Shown here: piece by piece, positions 39,071-51,899 of the stretch
Layout of the letters: each line of letters opens with the position of its first letter
Position numbering within the stretch: the stretch's first letter is position 1
From: Negaprion brevirostris
Lineage: Eukaryota
Direction: 5' to 3'
DNA: 62,279 bases
Assembly: GCA_030324005.1 (NCBI GenBank)
Contig: JARDVH010000031.1
Coordinates: 70,548,011 to 70,610,289, forward strand
Notes under the pieces: generated by a model
What the model was told of the DNA's origin: nothing
The model's database searches: none
The model's input: the letters and a program-made list of their open reading frames with translations, nothing else
Position numbers and translations under genes: made by a program

Positions 39071-39320
39071 TCTGTTTCTTGGCCTTTTGACTAAGATCAA
39101 GTATAGTATCAACATGCTGCACTTGGTTGAAGTCATTAGGTTACATTTAGCTTCACTTGAAGCAATTTTTAAAAACGGCATCTCGGCCTTTTGGCTAAGA
39201 TGCAAATGAGATCAAGCCTTGGAGGAGGTGCATTGCCTACTCCAATCAGCTTGGATCGGGAATGTCTCACTTGTTGAGACTCTGAATTGGACTTGATTTG
39301 ATTGAATTGGATTAAAAAAT
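39071..39320 (+). mobile_element. U2 snRNA-derived element with two U2 5' heads; not a functional U2 gene
   Basis: 39076-39110 ttcttggccttttgactaagatcaagtatagtatc matches U2 nt 6-40 with 3 mismatches. 39181-39201 tctcggccttttggctaagat matches U2 nt 7-27 exactly. The rest of U2 is absent. Confidence 0.8.
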
Positions 39321-40429
39321 ACTTACTAAACATAACATTGGAAGATGTCCAAAGGTGGAAATAATAGCATTAGACCTTTAACTGAACAACTACAGAAAGA
39401 TAAGCTTTATATCTACTTTTTATACTCAGGAAACAAATTAGTAGGAGAGGATTTTTTTTGTGCTAAGTGGTAGTTAACATTAGAAGTTAAAGAATATTTA
39501 TGGAGTCAGTACTTCACATCAAGGGCTGTTAGCCTACAACTAACTTCTAACTATCAAATTAATTTGGATTATTTTTAAGCATTCACTAAGGAAAAAACGC
39601 AAGTTCTTGATTCAGCAGCAACTGGTAAGCATAGGGCTGGAGTAAGAGATAGATGAAAATTCATTGTTTAGGTCTTTAACATTTCAACACGAGGAAGCAG
39701 AGGTGATTGCACAAATACACAATTGTGCTTGCTTGTGCCATTCTTAGGGGAAGCGAACAGAATCGTGATAGAAGAAATAGATTTTAAGAAAGGTAATGAA
39801 ATTGGAAAAATATGTTGAAAGATCAAAAGAAACTGGTTGAAAAAGGAAAGATTTTTCAGTTTGAGGGTCATCTCTGAATTTTGACAGCAAAGGAAGTGAT
39901 CAGCAACAAAGGATTGTTGGAGAGAGACAGAAAAGAAAGCTTTGTTTGCTATGATGTATCTGGAGATTTTGTGCAGCAAAATGACTGTTTATTTTCACTT
40001 CTTTATCAGAATATTCAGAAGGGTAATTAATGCCTTGTGGATATTCCCAAGAACAGTTATGATTGATTATTTTACTGTTATAGTGTTACCTAATCCTATT
40101 TCTGATCCATCTATTCTGTAACCTGCAAATAAAATGTTCATTAATTAACTGTAATACAAGTCTACACAGAGTCCAATATGCAGATTGCTGCTATTGGAGC
40201 GAGTGCTGTTGGTCCCAGATCATGTCACTGTCTCTAAGGATGGATTTGTAAAAGTACAGCTTCTGGATCAAGGACAATAGAGTCTGGTCATCGGAAAAGC
40301 TGTGAAAATTCCGAGAGAAGAGCACTTCAAAAAAGTTTAACAATAATGCTCCATCTGGAGACAGCCATCATTAATGAAGAGAACAGGATAGTACATAAGC
40401 CTACAGAAGAATAAAGGGACATAAAGAAC

Positions 40430-41460
40430 AACAGTTTGATTCTCTGTGTTAAGTACATAAATAATCTGGATGCAGGAATTGAGGGAACAATATTGAAATT
40501 TTGCTAATGGCACCAGTTTTGGAGTATAACAAGCTGTGACAAAGATTATTGTAGGCTCTAGAAGGAGATAGAAAGGTCACGTTATGATGACCAATACAGT
40601 TTAATACAGAAAAATCTTAAGTATTACATGTTAGAAATAGAAAATTCACCTTAAAGAAAAAAATGCATAATTACATTAAGTCTTGCAAAACCTCAGGGCA
40701 TCCCAAAACCCCTTACATCCAGTGATGTACCTTGGAACAGCAGATTCTGTAGCGTAGGCAGAAATACAAAAGCTTAATTATACTCAGCAACGTTGCACAA
40801 TGTCTCGTCCTAATTGTAAGACTGGAAACGGAATAAAAGAACGTAGGAATTTTGGTGTGCCGCTACACTGGTGAGGATTACAGGAGAATTAGATGAAGCA
40901 ATCACAAAGGCAAACAGAAATCTTTGTTCTCTATCTGAAGGAGGTAATGTTGAACTTATTCATGATTTTAGTTGTGCCAAAGTTCTTGTACTGTACAGTT
41001 TTGAAGGACCCCATTACAGGAAGGATGGGGGAAAAAAAAGTGTAAAAAGTTTTCAAGATAACCCAGGAATGACCAGTTACTGTGAAACAAAGCTTGAAAA
41101 TTTAAGTTTTTTCTTACAATAGAGCTGAGAAGGTTAAGTACAATCTGTTGAATATCTTCAAAAGGGGCTATAAGTAATACAGGTAGTGATAGATTCTTTC
41201 CACCAGTTGCCAAGATAGCTTTGACATAAGGTACAAACTTAAGCTAATCAAGCATGAATTAAGAGGGAATGCAGATTTTTAAAAAAGATCCAGATATTTA
41301 GAATGTGTATTTCTCTATCACAATTGATAGTTGGAGTTTTTGAAAGAGAAATATTAAAGAATATAGGGAACGTGAAGACGATTGGAACAGTATGAACTGG
41401 CTCACGTGAAGAAACTGTAACTTTTATCAAATGTCCTGTTTCTGTGCTCGACATTTTATT
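40430..41460 (+). mobile_element. Highly decayed CR1 LINE RT / 3' region
   Basis: tacataaataatctggatgcagg...aaattttgctaatggcacc (YINDLD...KFADDT-like) and ccccattacaggaaggatg (PHYRKD). Confidence 0.6.
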
Positions 41461-44029
41461 ATCTAATTAGTTTCAATACTGATTTCTTAAGTTTTGAGGA
41501 ATGATTAAACTTGCAGGAACTTTTGGAAAACATTCAAAATAATCTTTAAGGAATATAACAATTTACAGCAAATAAGTATGATCATTATTGCATTTTATTT
41601 AGGTTATTAGTAAGCACCTTGGAAGAACACCAATTACACATCAAGAGATGTGCATCAAACACATCCGTAACTCAACTCCTTTGATTACATGCCGGAAATC
41701 CTGTCTTCCTGCTTTTCATTCTTCTGTACTTAATAAACCAGTGGAAATCTCCATGTGGTAAAAACAGGATGCATTTAGCATATTTTTTACCAAACAAAGA
41801 TTGGAAGAGTTACTTGCTGTTAGAATGATACTCTTCCAAATTATAACAATAAGCATCCAAATGGGTATCCTTCCAAAATGCTGCAGCTTGACCATCTTGG
41901 AGCAGAGTGGAGTGAATTGCACCCCTCGTTGACAGATTGTTGAGTTAAAACCACATGTTCAATTATCAACATGAAGTTACTAAGTCTACATATTCACCTG
42001 AGCAAGTAGTTTTTTTAATTTTCAAATTAAGGTGCAGAATTAATCTCCTCAAACATTTATAGTAAATATCCATGAAACAGAAAATAAAATCCATTGAAGT
42101 TCTGAATTGTAGCTGACCTTCAAACAGTGTACTAAATATTACTTGACATGGTTGCACAAAGTTAATTCTAGCATGAGCCTTCAGAACTTGAAATTTCCTT
42201 TCTTTTGCTTAAGCTAGGTACCATGTTAGGCATCATCCCCCAGATAAGGGAGAATACAATCTGCTCCCCAGCATTTATTAATGCTGAATATCAGGAAATA
42301 TATAAGGATACCACAGTGGCTTGTTTTCCAATCTTCATCACTATCATTTGTTTTTACATATGGTATCTAATTTTCTTGATCAATCCATACATGGTTTCAG
42401 ATACAGTTTTGCTGACTTCCAATAATTGAGAAAAAAATGCAATACGGATGTTCAACTAATTTGAACAAAGCTAATTTGAATTTTGAGGCTCATTTGCTTG
42501 TTTAAAGATCACTGGGCCAATTCTCAGGCTATCTATTCCCTGGACGGTGGATGGAGGTCAGATAGTTCAGCATATCAAGATTTGTATGATAGCCACAACT
42601 GATTGAATGAATTAACTATCAGGTAAGTTTGCAGGTGATACTATATAGGGACCTTCAGAGACCCTCAAAAGGAGCTAGACAACATTTGTATGTAAGCAGA
42701 ACAATCAGATGTAATTCAATACAGATATATGCAATGTAGTGCACTTTGGAAAGAAAACGTAACAATGGATTCTGTAGAACTAGTGGAAGAAGACTGGGGA
42801 AAATGGTAACCTCAGCATATAATAGTTAAAATCACTATGAAGCAGCAACAGACACAGCAAACTGAATGTTCAATTATCTTGTTATATCAGAACAGTGAAA
42901 CACAGAGAAAGTAATAAAACTGTATAATGTGTTCTGATCAGATTGCACCTGGGGTTCTATGTCCAATTTGATCACAAGAGAAATATTCTAGCGATTAAGG
43001 ACTTTGGGGGTGGGGGGAAGCCACAAGGCAAAATCTTAACATCTGAGAATTGGATTGTGGAGAAAGACTGGAACAACATTGACACATTTGCTTCGAAAGG
43101 AGGCAACTAGAGTGGCACTTCTTGAGATAAATAAGCAAAAGGTAAGTCTGTCGCATCACTTAAAGGTAAGCCATTACAGTTAGACAAAACCTGTAAGCTG
43201 AAGCTTGTGAAAAGTCAATTTAGGACTGACATTTCATGCAATGAATAATCAATATTTGAAATGGCTATCAGGATTCAATTCATTCAAGCTCGAGTTGAAT
43301 GGCATGATGGGGAGACCTTCTCTCATGGATATGCCAAATAGCCTTCTACACGCTATTTATCTTGTAAGCTTGTGATGAGTAGCCTTCACAGTAAACTGTG
43401 TAAATAATGCATTCAATTACAGATCTTTAATTAAAAAACCTCATTAAATTTTAACCTCCTGTGTGGAAGATTATTATCTTTGTTGGAGTCCATCCTCTCA
43501 TTAACTCCACAAAGACATTTTTGTGGAAAATATTTTACCCCTCCCCTCCTGAAGGCATCACATCTTCCTGGGATAGGCATCAGCAGCTCTCCAGTAATTT
43601 CATCCGTATAGCTATTCTGCATGCTATGAGCCAAGATGGTGATGTCAGCAAACAGTGTGATAATGGAGGGCATCACAGTTGAGTTTAATTGTGTTCTCAC
43701 CCAACGTTTCCACTCATGAACTTTCTAGCACTTGCGACTCAACAATGATTTCTCCTACTCCTCTTAAGTCTGGGTTACGGATGCCAACTATTGCACTCCA
43801 ATTGCCTACCTGAGATCAGCAATTTAACACAAACTAGTCACAACACGGAATTTCCTGGGCCCAGGAAAGAAATTAATTGCATCATATTGCACTGGCTACT
43901 GCCGGCAGCTATTAGGTCATTGAGGGAAAGGCCTTTTTAAGATTTATGTCAAAAAAGAGAACTGGTGGGGGTGGGGGGGCGGCCAGGTGTTGTGACACAA
44001 ATTATGACTTCAAGGCATCTAAAGCACTT

Positions 44030-44340
44030 CACACCAATCAAATGTTTTTGAAATATTATCACTATTATAATGCAGGGAAACATGATAGTAAACTTGTGCA
44101 CCAAATAGTTGTTTTTGGTATTGGTTGAAGATTAATGCACCCAGGAGGATTAGGAGAACTACTCTGTTGCCTTTTGAGAGAGCAGCTAGGGTCTCAGTTT
44201 AAGATATTACCTGAAGGGTGGTATTTTGGACAGTGCAGCACTCCCTCAGGTACTGCAGTGAAATGGAGGCCTGCATTGGGCTCACATTCTGGAAATGCCG
44301 AGGAACCTGGACCTTCTGACCCAGAGGTTTTAAACATTTA
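44030..44340 (-). mobile_element. Deu-type SINE, degenerate
   Basis: gacagtgcagcactccctcaggtactgcagtg...accttctgacccagagg, the reverse complement of a tRNA head plus Deu region. Confidence 0.6.
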
Positions 44341-44714
44341 ACACCTCTTAATCTTGTCCAAATAAACACTGGAATGATAAATGTCCTCATTACACAGCCT
44401 AACTATAAAAGCATCATCTCAGCATTCGTTCTGTTTTGACAGGTGTGTTGAGTCAACAGATTTTGCTTGATGTATATTTTTAAGTGGTAATAGCAAGTTG
44501 GGAAATGTTTGATGCCACTATTACGGATACATTAATAGTCTGTCTGATTGACATTTCTGTAGGGTTGCAGAAACATACATTTTATTTCCCCAAATAACAT
44601 TCTGTTTGGGTGCTTTTTTTCTCAGCAGTTCCACTTTATCCATTGTTATTACATGGCTCACTGGGTATGTACACAACGCACACTGGGTGAATATGAGGTG
44701 GCAATGCTGGCATC

Positions 44715-44810
44715 ACTCACCTGGTGAAGAAGCAGTGCTCTGAAAGCTCGTGATTTCAAATAAACCTGCTAGATTTTAACCTGGTGTTGTGAGACTTCTT
44801 ACTGGGTGAA
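44715..44810 (+). mobile_element. Penelope-like terminus with degenerate minimal hammerhead core
   Basis: cacctggtgaagaagcagtgctctgaaagctcgtgatttcaaataaacctg...aacctggtgttgtgagacttcttactg. Confidence 0.7.
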
Positions 44811-46344
44811 TGGGCATGGAAGAGAAATGAGTTGGCAGAGAAAGTATGAGAGACATGAAGAATTGCTGAGGGCAGGAGTTGGCCAAGAGAGTATGAGGAG
44901 ACGTGGGGAGTGGCCTGACAGTATGAGTAAGACTTTTTGAACTTAATCTGTTCATGAGTCTTTTGAAAGTTATGTTCATAACACCTCTGAGGGGCCATGA
45001 ACCATGAGACATGGCAAGGCTAGCCCAACTTCACAAAATTGCAGGGGGCTAAGTGATGCCTACTCCCTTAACTGAATTGGCCAGATTGGGAGTACAAGAC
45101 GCATGCTCCCACACCCTTATCCCACGTCAGTAAAAACTGATGGTGCCAAAAAGGTGGAGGGGAATAGAAGTCCCAAAACCAGATCCTGCCTGCCATTTTA
45201 TAATGGTTATGGACTCATCCCTACTACATGAAAATCAGACCGAGAGTGCTACCACTAGTCCTGATGATAAAGTATGTGAGATTTTACACAGTGAAATATC
45301 CACAAATGTGCAAACATATATGCATTTGAGTGTATTATTGTCTGCAAAATCAGTAGCTCCTCTGCTGACTAAGCAGGATTTAGGTCAGTTAAGCCCAGTG
45401 ATTCATGAAACAAAGGGAACCCAGGGTCTTTAATGGGGATGAAAACTAACCGAGAAGGCAGCGATATGCTTTGTAGTCCACTTCGAGATGCATTCAACTG
45501 GATTCTATGGGGGCATGGATTACCCACTCCCCACGGAATAAAAGTCCGACGGTACAGCCCCCATCCAAAACCACATTACCCCACAGTAACGATATGCTGT
45601 GGGCAGCCTGAATTGGGTCAAAGTGGAATAAATATCCCACTTTGAGAGGAAGTCCTGCCCGAGGGATTGCTAGTCAATCTGACTATAGCTGCTCTGTAGT
45701 CCCAGCAGCACCAGGATCAAGTAATGGGCACTGCTAGGACTACAAATAGTCTCCAGAGAATGTATCATGAATGCTGGCTAAGATAAGCACGGGGACTTGG
45801 GATGGGCCTACCTGGCAGATTCCAATGAGTTGGTGGAGGAGGTTGGGGGAATGATGTTTTAGAGGCTGTGGGTGGGGGATGGTTAAATGGGTTTAGGATC
45901 TTGAGGTGGGGTGGGGAGTACCTTCAATGGACACAGGGATCCCCCAAATGAGATATGCCACCCCCCCGTCCTCCATCCCCCCACCACCTTTTCTGTTTGA
46001 TAGCCGCCTGTGTAGTGAAAGTTGCTGGACAACTCACTTTGCTTCAATGCTCTCCTGATGTATTATCACAGTGGAGATAGAGTTAGACTCTTGTGTCCAC
46101 TAATTGGCTACTTAAAGGCTTCAATAGCCCTCAGGCCTGGCACTTTACCCACCCACATAATATGGGACACAGGTCAGGGGTGGGTGGAAAAGGTGGCAGA
46201 CAGGCCATGTGCTTTATTTAACTAGACCCCCTGCCTTCAAATATGCTGGCAGGGTACCATAAAATTCACCCCTTTATTTTTGTTACATTAAATACTGAGC
46301 ATTGTATTTTCTGGCAAACTGCTCTTTTGCTAACATTATAATTT

Positions 46345-47485
46345 CATTATTGCTGAAAGAAGCTACACTGTTGAAGGTTTTCAACTTGCATTCATCAGAA
46401 CAATCGCAAGAACACCAACGTCATGGGAAACAACAACTTTATGTTGTATGAGAAGAAAGTGCTGATTGGTTGCCATGGAGAATGCATCAGTTAATGGTGA
46501 CCAATAGTCAATTGTCAAGCATTGTTTGAAATTTAAGCCAGGCAGTTTGACTCTGAGTGGTCAGCAAATGGCTATTACTTGTTTTGTTTAGCTGAAATAG
46601 GCACAAAGTGTTTACATGTGTTTAAAAGAGTTTAAAAGAGGATGCGTTAGAACTTTTAAACTCTATCAAGATAGACAAGTCGCCGGGACTGGATGGGATG
46701 TACCCCAGGTTACTGTGGGAGGTGAGGGAAGTGATTGCAGAGCCCCTGGCGATGATCTTTGCNNNNNNNNNNNNNNNNNNNNNNNNNNNNNNNNNNNNNN
46801 NNNNNNNNNNNNNNNNNNNNNNNNNNNNNNNNNNNNNNNNNNNNNNNNNNNNNNNNNNNNNNGTCTATGGCTTAGTAGGTATAGAAGTGATCGGCGCAAC
46901 TAGTGGGCCGAAGGGCCTGTTTGTGCTGTAGTGTTCTATTAGTGTACACTTACTCTGAAATTCATATGCCTCATTATTCATTTGTGAGATAGGTAAATAT
47001 CTGTTTGGCTTGATAGCAGTGTTTTGTTACTGGCGAATATTACTTGTGTTGCTCCTGTACTGTACCAGCATGAAACATCTGGCTTTAACTGTTGCTCAAC
47101 TGTTGCTTGTACTGGAAGTCACATATATTAATGCACAGGGCCCTGTTCTTTGCAGACAGAAAAAACGCACGCACACATCGTACCTGTTTTGGCTAAACAA
47201 AATAAATGATAGCCACTCACTGGTTCATTCCACAAGGCAATTGACCGAGTCAAGTTGCCTGGTTTATGCTTGGCAGTTAACCGCCACTCACTACTAACTG
47301 GTGCATTGTCCACGGCAAAACCATGGACCAGAGTCCACTTACCAACCAATCAGCACTCTCTTCTTCTACAGTATAAGATTGTTGTTTCCCCTCACATTGG
47401 TATTCCTGCAATTGTCGTAATGACTGCAAGATGAACGGCTTCAACTAAATGTCTTATTTCAGCAATACTCAACTTCTGCACTAAC
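46345..47485. mobile_element. Two inverted copies of a ~270-330 bp repeat flanking a CR1 fragment and a gap
   Basis: 46345-46620 (tattgctgaaa...agtgctgattggttg...gccaggcagtttgactc...tttgtttagc) is the reverse complement of 47170-47470 (gctaaacaaa...gagtcaagttgcctgg...caaccaatcagcact...tttcagcaata). Confidence 0.75.
46660..46935 (+). mobile_element. CR1 LINE fragment(s) spanning a gap
   Basis: DKSPG.DGMYPRLLWEVREVIAEPLAMIF, followed after the gap by the CR1 tail gtgggccgaagggcctgtttgtgctgta. Confidence 0.85.
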
Positions 47486-49924
47486 AGCTACTATAGTTTT
47501 AGTTGTGATACAGCTTCAAGTCCTATTCTACCATTGGTTTTATTATCCTTTCAGCAACTCGACGTGTCTCTGAAGTACTCCTGCTTCACATCAACACGAG
47601 ACTAAAGAACAATATTGTTGAAATGTTTAATATTTGTTTAAAAAATAAAATGGTTGCTAGAAATCAGGTTTTAAAAATTCTGGTTTTATAAACCACTTGA
47701 GCGTCATTGAGTACATGGAACTACTGGACTGAATTACCGTGTTGTAACAAACATCCATCTATCATCTTTCTTTTAATACACCCCAAGCCAGCTGGAAGTA
47801 TTTGATGCAGTATCAGAACATTATTTTGCTCTTTATTGATTAGTAATCCTGTTTTAATATTTTTACAGTACAATTGTAAACAAAAGTAGTTTGCTATTTG
47901 TTGAAATGCTATATTTTTGCTTATTTATCAACACAACTTTGAATAGGTTCTTGATAGCACAGACCTAAGTATTGGCTCCTGCCGCTATCTTTTTCCATCA
48001 GTTGCCATTTGCATCCCATTTGATCAATGCCAGAGAGATGAACAAACAGAAAAACATGTTTAAAAATGTGAAGAAGATTTTTTTTCTTTCTAATCACCAA
48101 ATGACAAACCAAGTTGAGAACATCTTAATATACATGCGCAACAAAAGACCTGATGATGTGCTTGACAAGGGGTTAAATTAATTATCTTATGGAGAACCCG
48201 GAAAGGACAAGTAAGCAGCAGCTTTTGCACTACATTAACTCAAAATCTCCAGATACAAATGAACACAGTCAATTCAGCGACATTACCCTCCATAATGGAT
48301 AATTATCACTCTCAGTGTGGGATTTCATAAATGACTAGGTGACAAGCACAAACTTTCAGCAGTGATATTGCATCTCATACACAGAAGCTCCTTCTCCTTT
48401 CCTGCCAGCAACTTTGTGAAAAGTGGCTTGTCTTTGGCTTGGTTTTAAAATGGCAAAAAGATATGTGCTCTAAAATACAGAATCTTGAAACATAGAATGT
48501 GCAGTAAAGTGCAATGAATCTGCAGTCTTCTAAAGTATCTTCTGAAATAGGCTGGTCTCAATCCTGTATGATAAGATTATCCACAATATAATGAGAGCAA
48601 ATTTTTAAAAGTAGGATTTTTAAACGGTCTTTGCCATTGATATCCAAGTAGACCAAAAGGCGCTGGACGTTTTTGCCAAACCATCTTGCATATTTTTGCT
48701 CACATCTGCTACAAGTCCAAATGTGAGCTTGTGCAGCTGTTCTCTGCTCCATGTATTTCCATTTGCTTGTGAGCACCTTTTCCTCTTCCTGAATAAACTT
48801 TCTCTTGCATGATCTACAGTTCACATATAATAAGACTGACTTTTTTTTTCATTTATCTGTCAATTTTGTAAAGAATTCATGTGCATGTGTCTAACATGTC
48901 AAATGTGCACATGCAATATTAGAACAGAAACCTAAAGTGTGCAAATCTGAGACGTACCCAGTGGACTCAGCTTGGTATTCATCTGTACCTGTAGGTGGCT
49001 CTGGCCGTTTCCAAACGATTACCTTGAAAAATTACTCCCTTCAGCATCTTAACTGTTTTGTCCATGTCTTGTTGTATTATTTTTGTTGATCATAAAAAAT
49101 ACTCTGGCTCCGTGACAGATTACTTTGGGGGCCTGAGATGTTTTTCTGGCACCAAAAGGCTATATGTGCAATTTCTTTTAATAAAGAAAAGCGGAAAGAT
49201 ACTGATGTCATTGTAGGATGAATGAAAACCACATTAGAACTGCTAGCTCTGCCAACAATATTTTAAAAGTGAATCGATTTATGATTGAAAGAGTTTTGGA
49301 TTGCATGTAACAGAGTGTCATGAACAGTTTCCCCACAAACTAAAAACTAGCTAAAAATATGCACTCAACCAAAAGAGAAGCTGCATTGTGGAGCCAACAC
49401 AGGTTGTACCTATTAGGTAGATGAAGCAATAAAAGTAAAATGCATTTTTGTGCAAGTTCTTTTTCATTCTTCCAATGACAGGCATTTAAAGTTTATGTAA
49501 GCCATATCAAGTATTGTTTTCAAAGTACTTTCACAAAACTCTCCACTCTTTTTTTTGTAACGTTGGCAAAAGCTTGATGCCTGCTTGTTGCAACAGCAAA
49601 ATAAAGTGCAATAGTTTGCCTTTAAGGCCAACAGGAAATTGATAATAAAAATACTTCCAAATGTTATGCAAGAACTTCCAAAGCACCACAGAAAGTAATT
49701 ACTATTATATTTCATCCCACCTCCTTGTTTTCATAAATTACGTGGGCTCATTATGGTGAGGGATTGTGTCAAACTTGCACTCATCCTGCCAAATATATAT
49801 GCAATGTTGAGAAATATATATATTTCATATATATACTGAATGCAACTAGTTATGTGCCCATATTTGCAGAAAAAAAAGGCAGGAAGTCCTATTATGTACT
49901 GAACTTTGAGTTGTATTGTTGCTG

Positions 49925-50990
49925 AATGTGTCCAGCTTCCCAACAGTTGTCACCGACCCTTGATGATGTCCACTCAGGTTCGTGAGTTTCCGCCCTGGGT
50001 CTTCAACTCAACAGGCAGATTCTCAATGCCAGACCTTTGGGCACATGAGGTTGGATGTCCCATGAAGTAAGGTTTGCTTCCTTTTGTTTCCTTCTCTGCC
50101 ACCTCTCTATTTCATCATTGAGACATTTGGACTTAAAACATGATGCACCTCGATGGACAAGTTGTCAGCATTTTGAACAATTATTAGCAAGCTTCTCTCA
50201 GCCACTGCCAATGTTGTGAAGCTTCAAGGAATGGTCGCGTGTCTTTGAAATGTTTTCTTTGTTCTCCCCTGGAAAGCTGACCATTTGAGAGTTAAGAAAA
50301 TAGGACCTGGCAAAGAGAGACACATTTTGGCCATCCACACACAATGTCTGATCCACTGTAGTAGATCTTGCAGGGTTTTGCCAGAATGCTTATGTAGCTG
50401 GCTTCAAGGAGGAAATTTGCATTTGTTTGACAATCCTCCCATTAACTCCAAAGGATGTGGCAGGGGGATTACTGATGGAATTTCTCTAGCATCCTGATGT
50501 GTTGTTGGTACATAGTCCAGATCTCACTGTAGTACAGAACTGTGGTGACAAGTACTTTGCATAATAGAAATTTTGTTGACTTGCAGACGTCTTTGTTGTC
50601 AAAACCTTGCTGCTCTCACTTGTAGAAAGCTGAGCAGACACAGTTGATCCAGTGTTCGCTTTCTTCATTAGTGGTGGTATTCTGAGAGAGATAATTGTCA
50701 AAGTTTTGTAAGTGCTCAACATATTACTGAGTCTTTTCTTCAACATATATGGGAGGTGGCTAACCATGTGTAGGTTGATATATGAGTTATGTTTTGGCAA
50801 CATTCAAGGGCAGACCATTTGTCTTGTATCCAAAATTGAAGAGTTTGAGAATGGTTTACAAATCTGGTGCAGAGTAGGCAATGACACTGCAGTCATCCTC
50901 AAACTGTGGATCATGGATGTAAACTGTGGTCAGTTTAGTTTAGTTTTGGCATAGAAGCAATTCCGCAGTAAGGCAGAGGTGAATCTTTGC
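49925..50990 (-). mobile_element. RTE-clade LINE 3' fragment, decayed RT
   Basis: Minus strand HDPQFEDDCSV (FADD motif) then PPPIYVE...YVEHLQNFDNYLSQNTTTNEESEHWINCVCSAFYK*...FDNKD, with stops. Confidence 0.82.
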
Positions 50991-51509
50991 TTGCAGTACA
51001 AACCTGATTACAAAGTACATGACCCAGAATGGCATGTGCTACATGCTTGCTAACTCACGTACATGGAATGTGCTCTTTGCTCCATGTGAATGAACCTGGC
51101 CAAAGCAACTCCCCAGGAGCCACCAGTAATTTAAAAATAAATCTAAGCAACAGTGCGCTCAGGCAAATCTCTTGCATTTGCTGTCCGCAACTATTCTGGA
51201 ACAACAACACACTCACTCTGATCCACCAATAAACTATTCAAATGGGCCACAAAATAAAACAATATCAAACAAACCATCTTTCCAAGGTCATTACCTAACA
51301 ACTGGAATGGACACCTTATGGCCACAACCTCTCAAAGGTGACCAGACAAATTACAATAGAGTGATCCCTACTTTTAAGTATTTTCGAAAGTTATGTTCCA
51401 CTCTATCACATATCAGACTGTCATCATAAAATATAACAAGAACAAAACACGGCGGAAACTAGAAGTCTTAAATAAAAACAGAAGGTACTGGAAATGTTCA
51501 GGTCAGGTA

Positions 51510-51840
51510 TCATGGAATAGAATCAAAGAATCTCTACAGCCAGGAGGTCAACCGGCACATTGAGTCTGCACTGACTCTTTGACAGAGCATCTTACCCAGG
51601 CCCTCTCTCCCACCCTATCCCCACAACCCCATTTACTATAGCTAATCTATCTAACCCAGACATCTTGGGACACTGAGGGGCAATTTTGCACGGCCAATCC
51701 ACCTAACCTGTACAGCTTTGAATTGTGGGAGAAAACCCATGCAGTCACGGGGTGAATGTACAAACTCCACAAAGTCACCCAAGGCCGCAATTATTCCTGT
51801 GTCTCTGGCTGTGAGGTAGCAGTGCTAATCACTGTGCCAC
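51510..51840 (-). mobile_element. HE1-type SINE variant
   Basis: Reverse complement of a tRNA head (gtggcacagtgattagcactgctacctcacagc) plus V-domain and CR1-like tail. Confidence 0.8.
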
Positions 51841-51899
51841 ATCTCTTCAAACAGAAACAGAATTAAAGTTTCAAATCCTCGTGGTAGAAATGTTAAGGT

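Noticed and set aside
39071-39110. Functional U2 snRNA gene
   Set aside because: Only the first ~40 nt are present, the branch-pairing sequence is mutated (GTATAGTA), and the remaining stem-loops are missing.
48558-48824. 88-aa minus-strand ORF with a CxxC motif
   Set aside because: No match to GTDC1 and no convincing donor site; at most a very decayed retroelement fragment.
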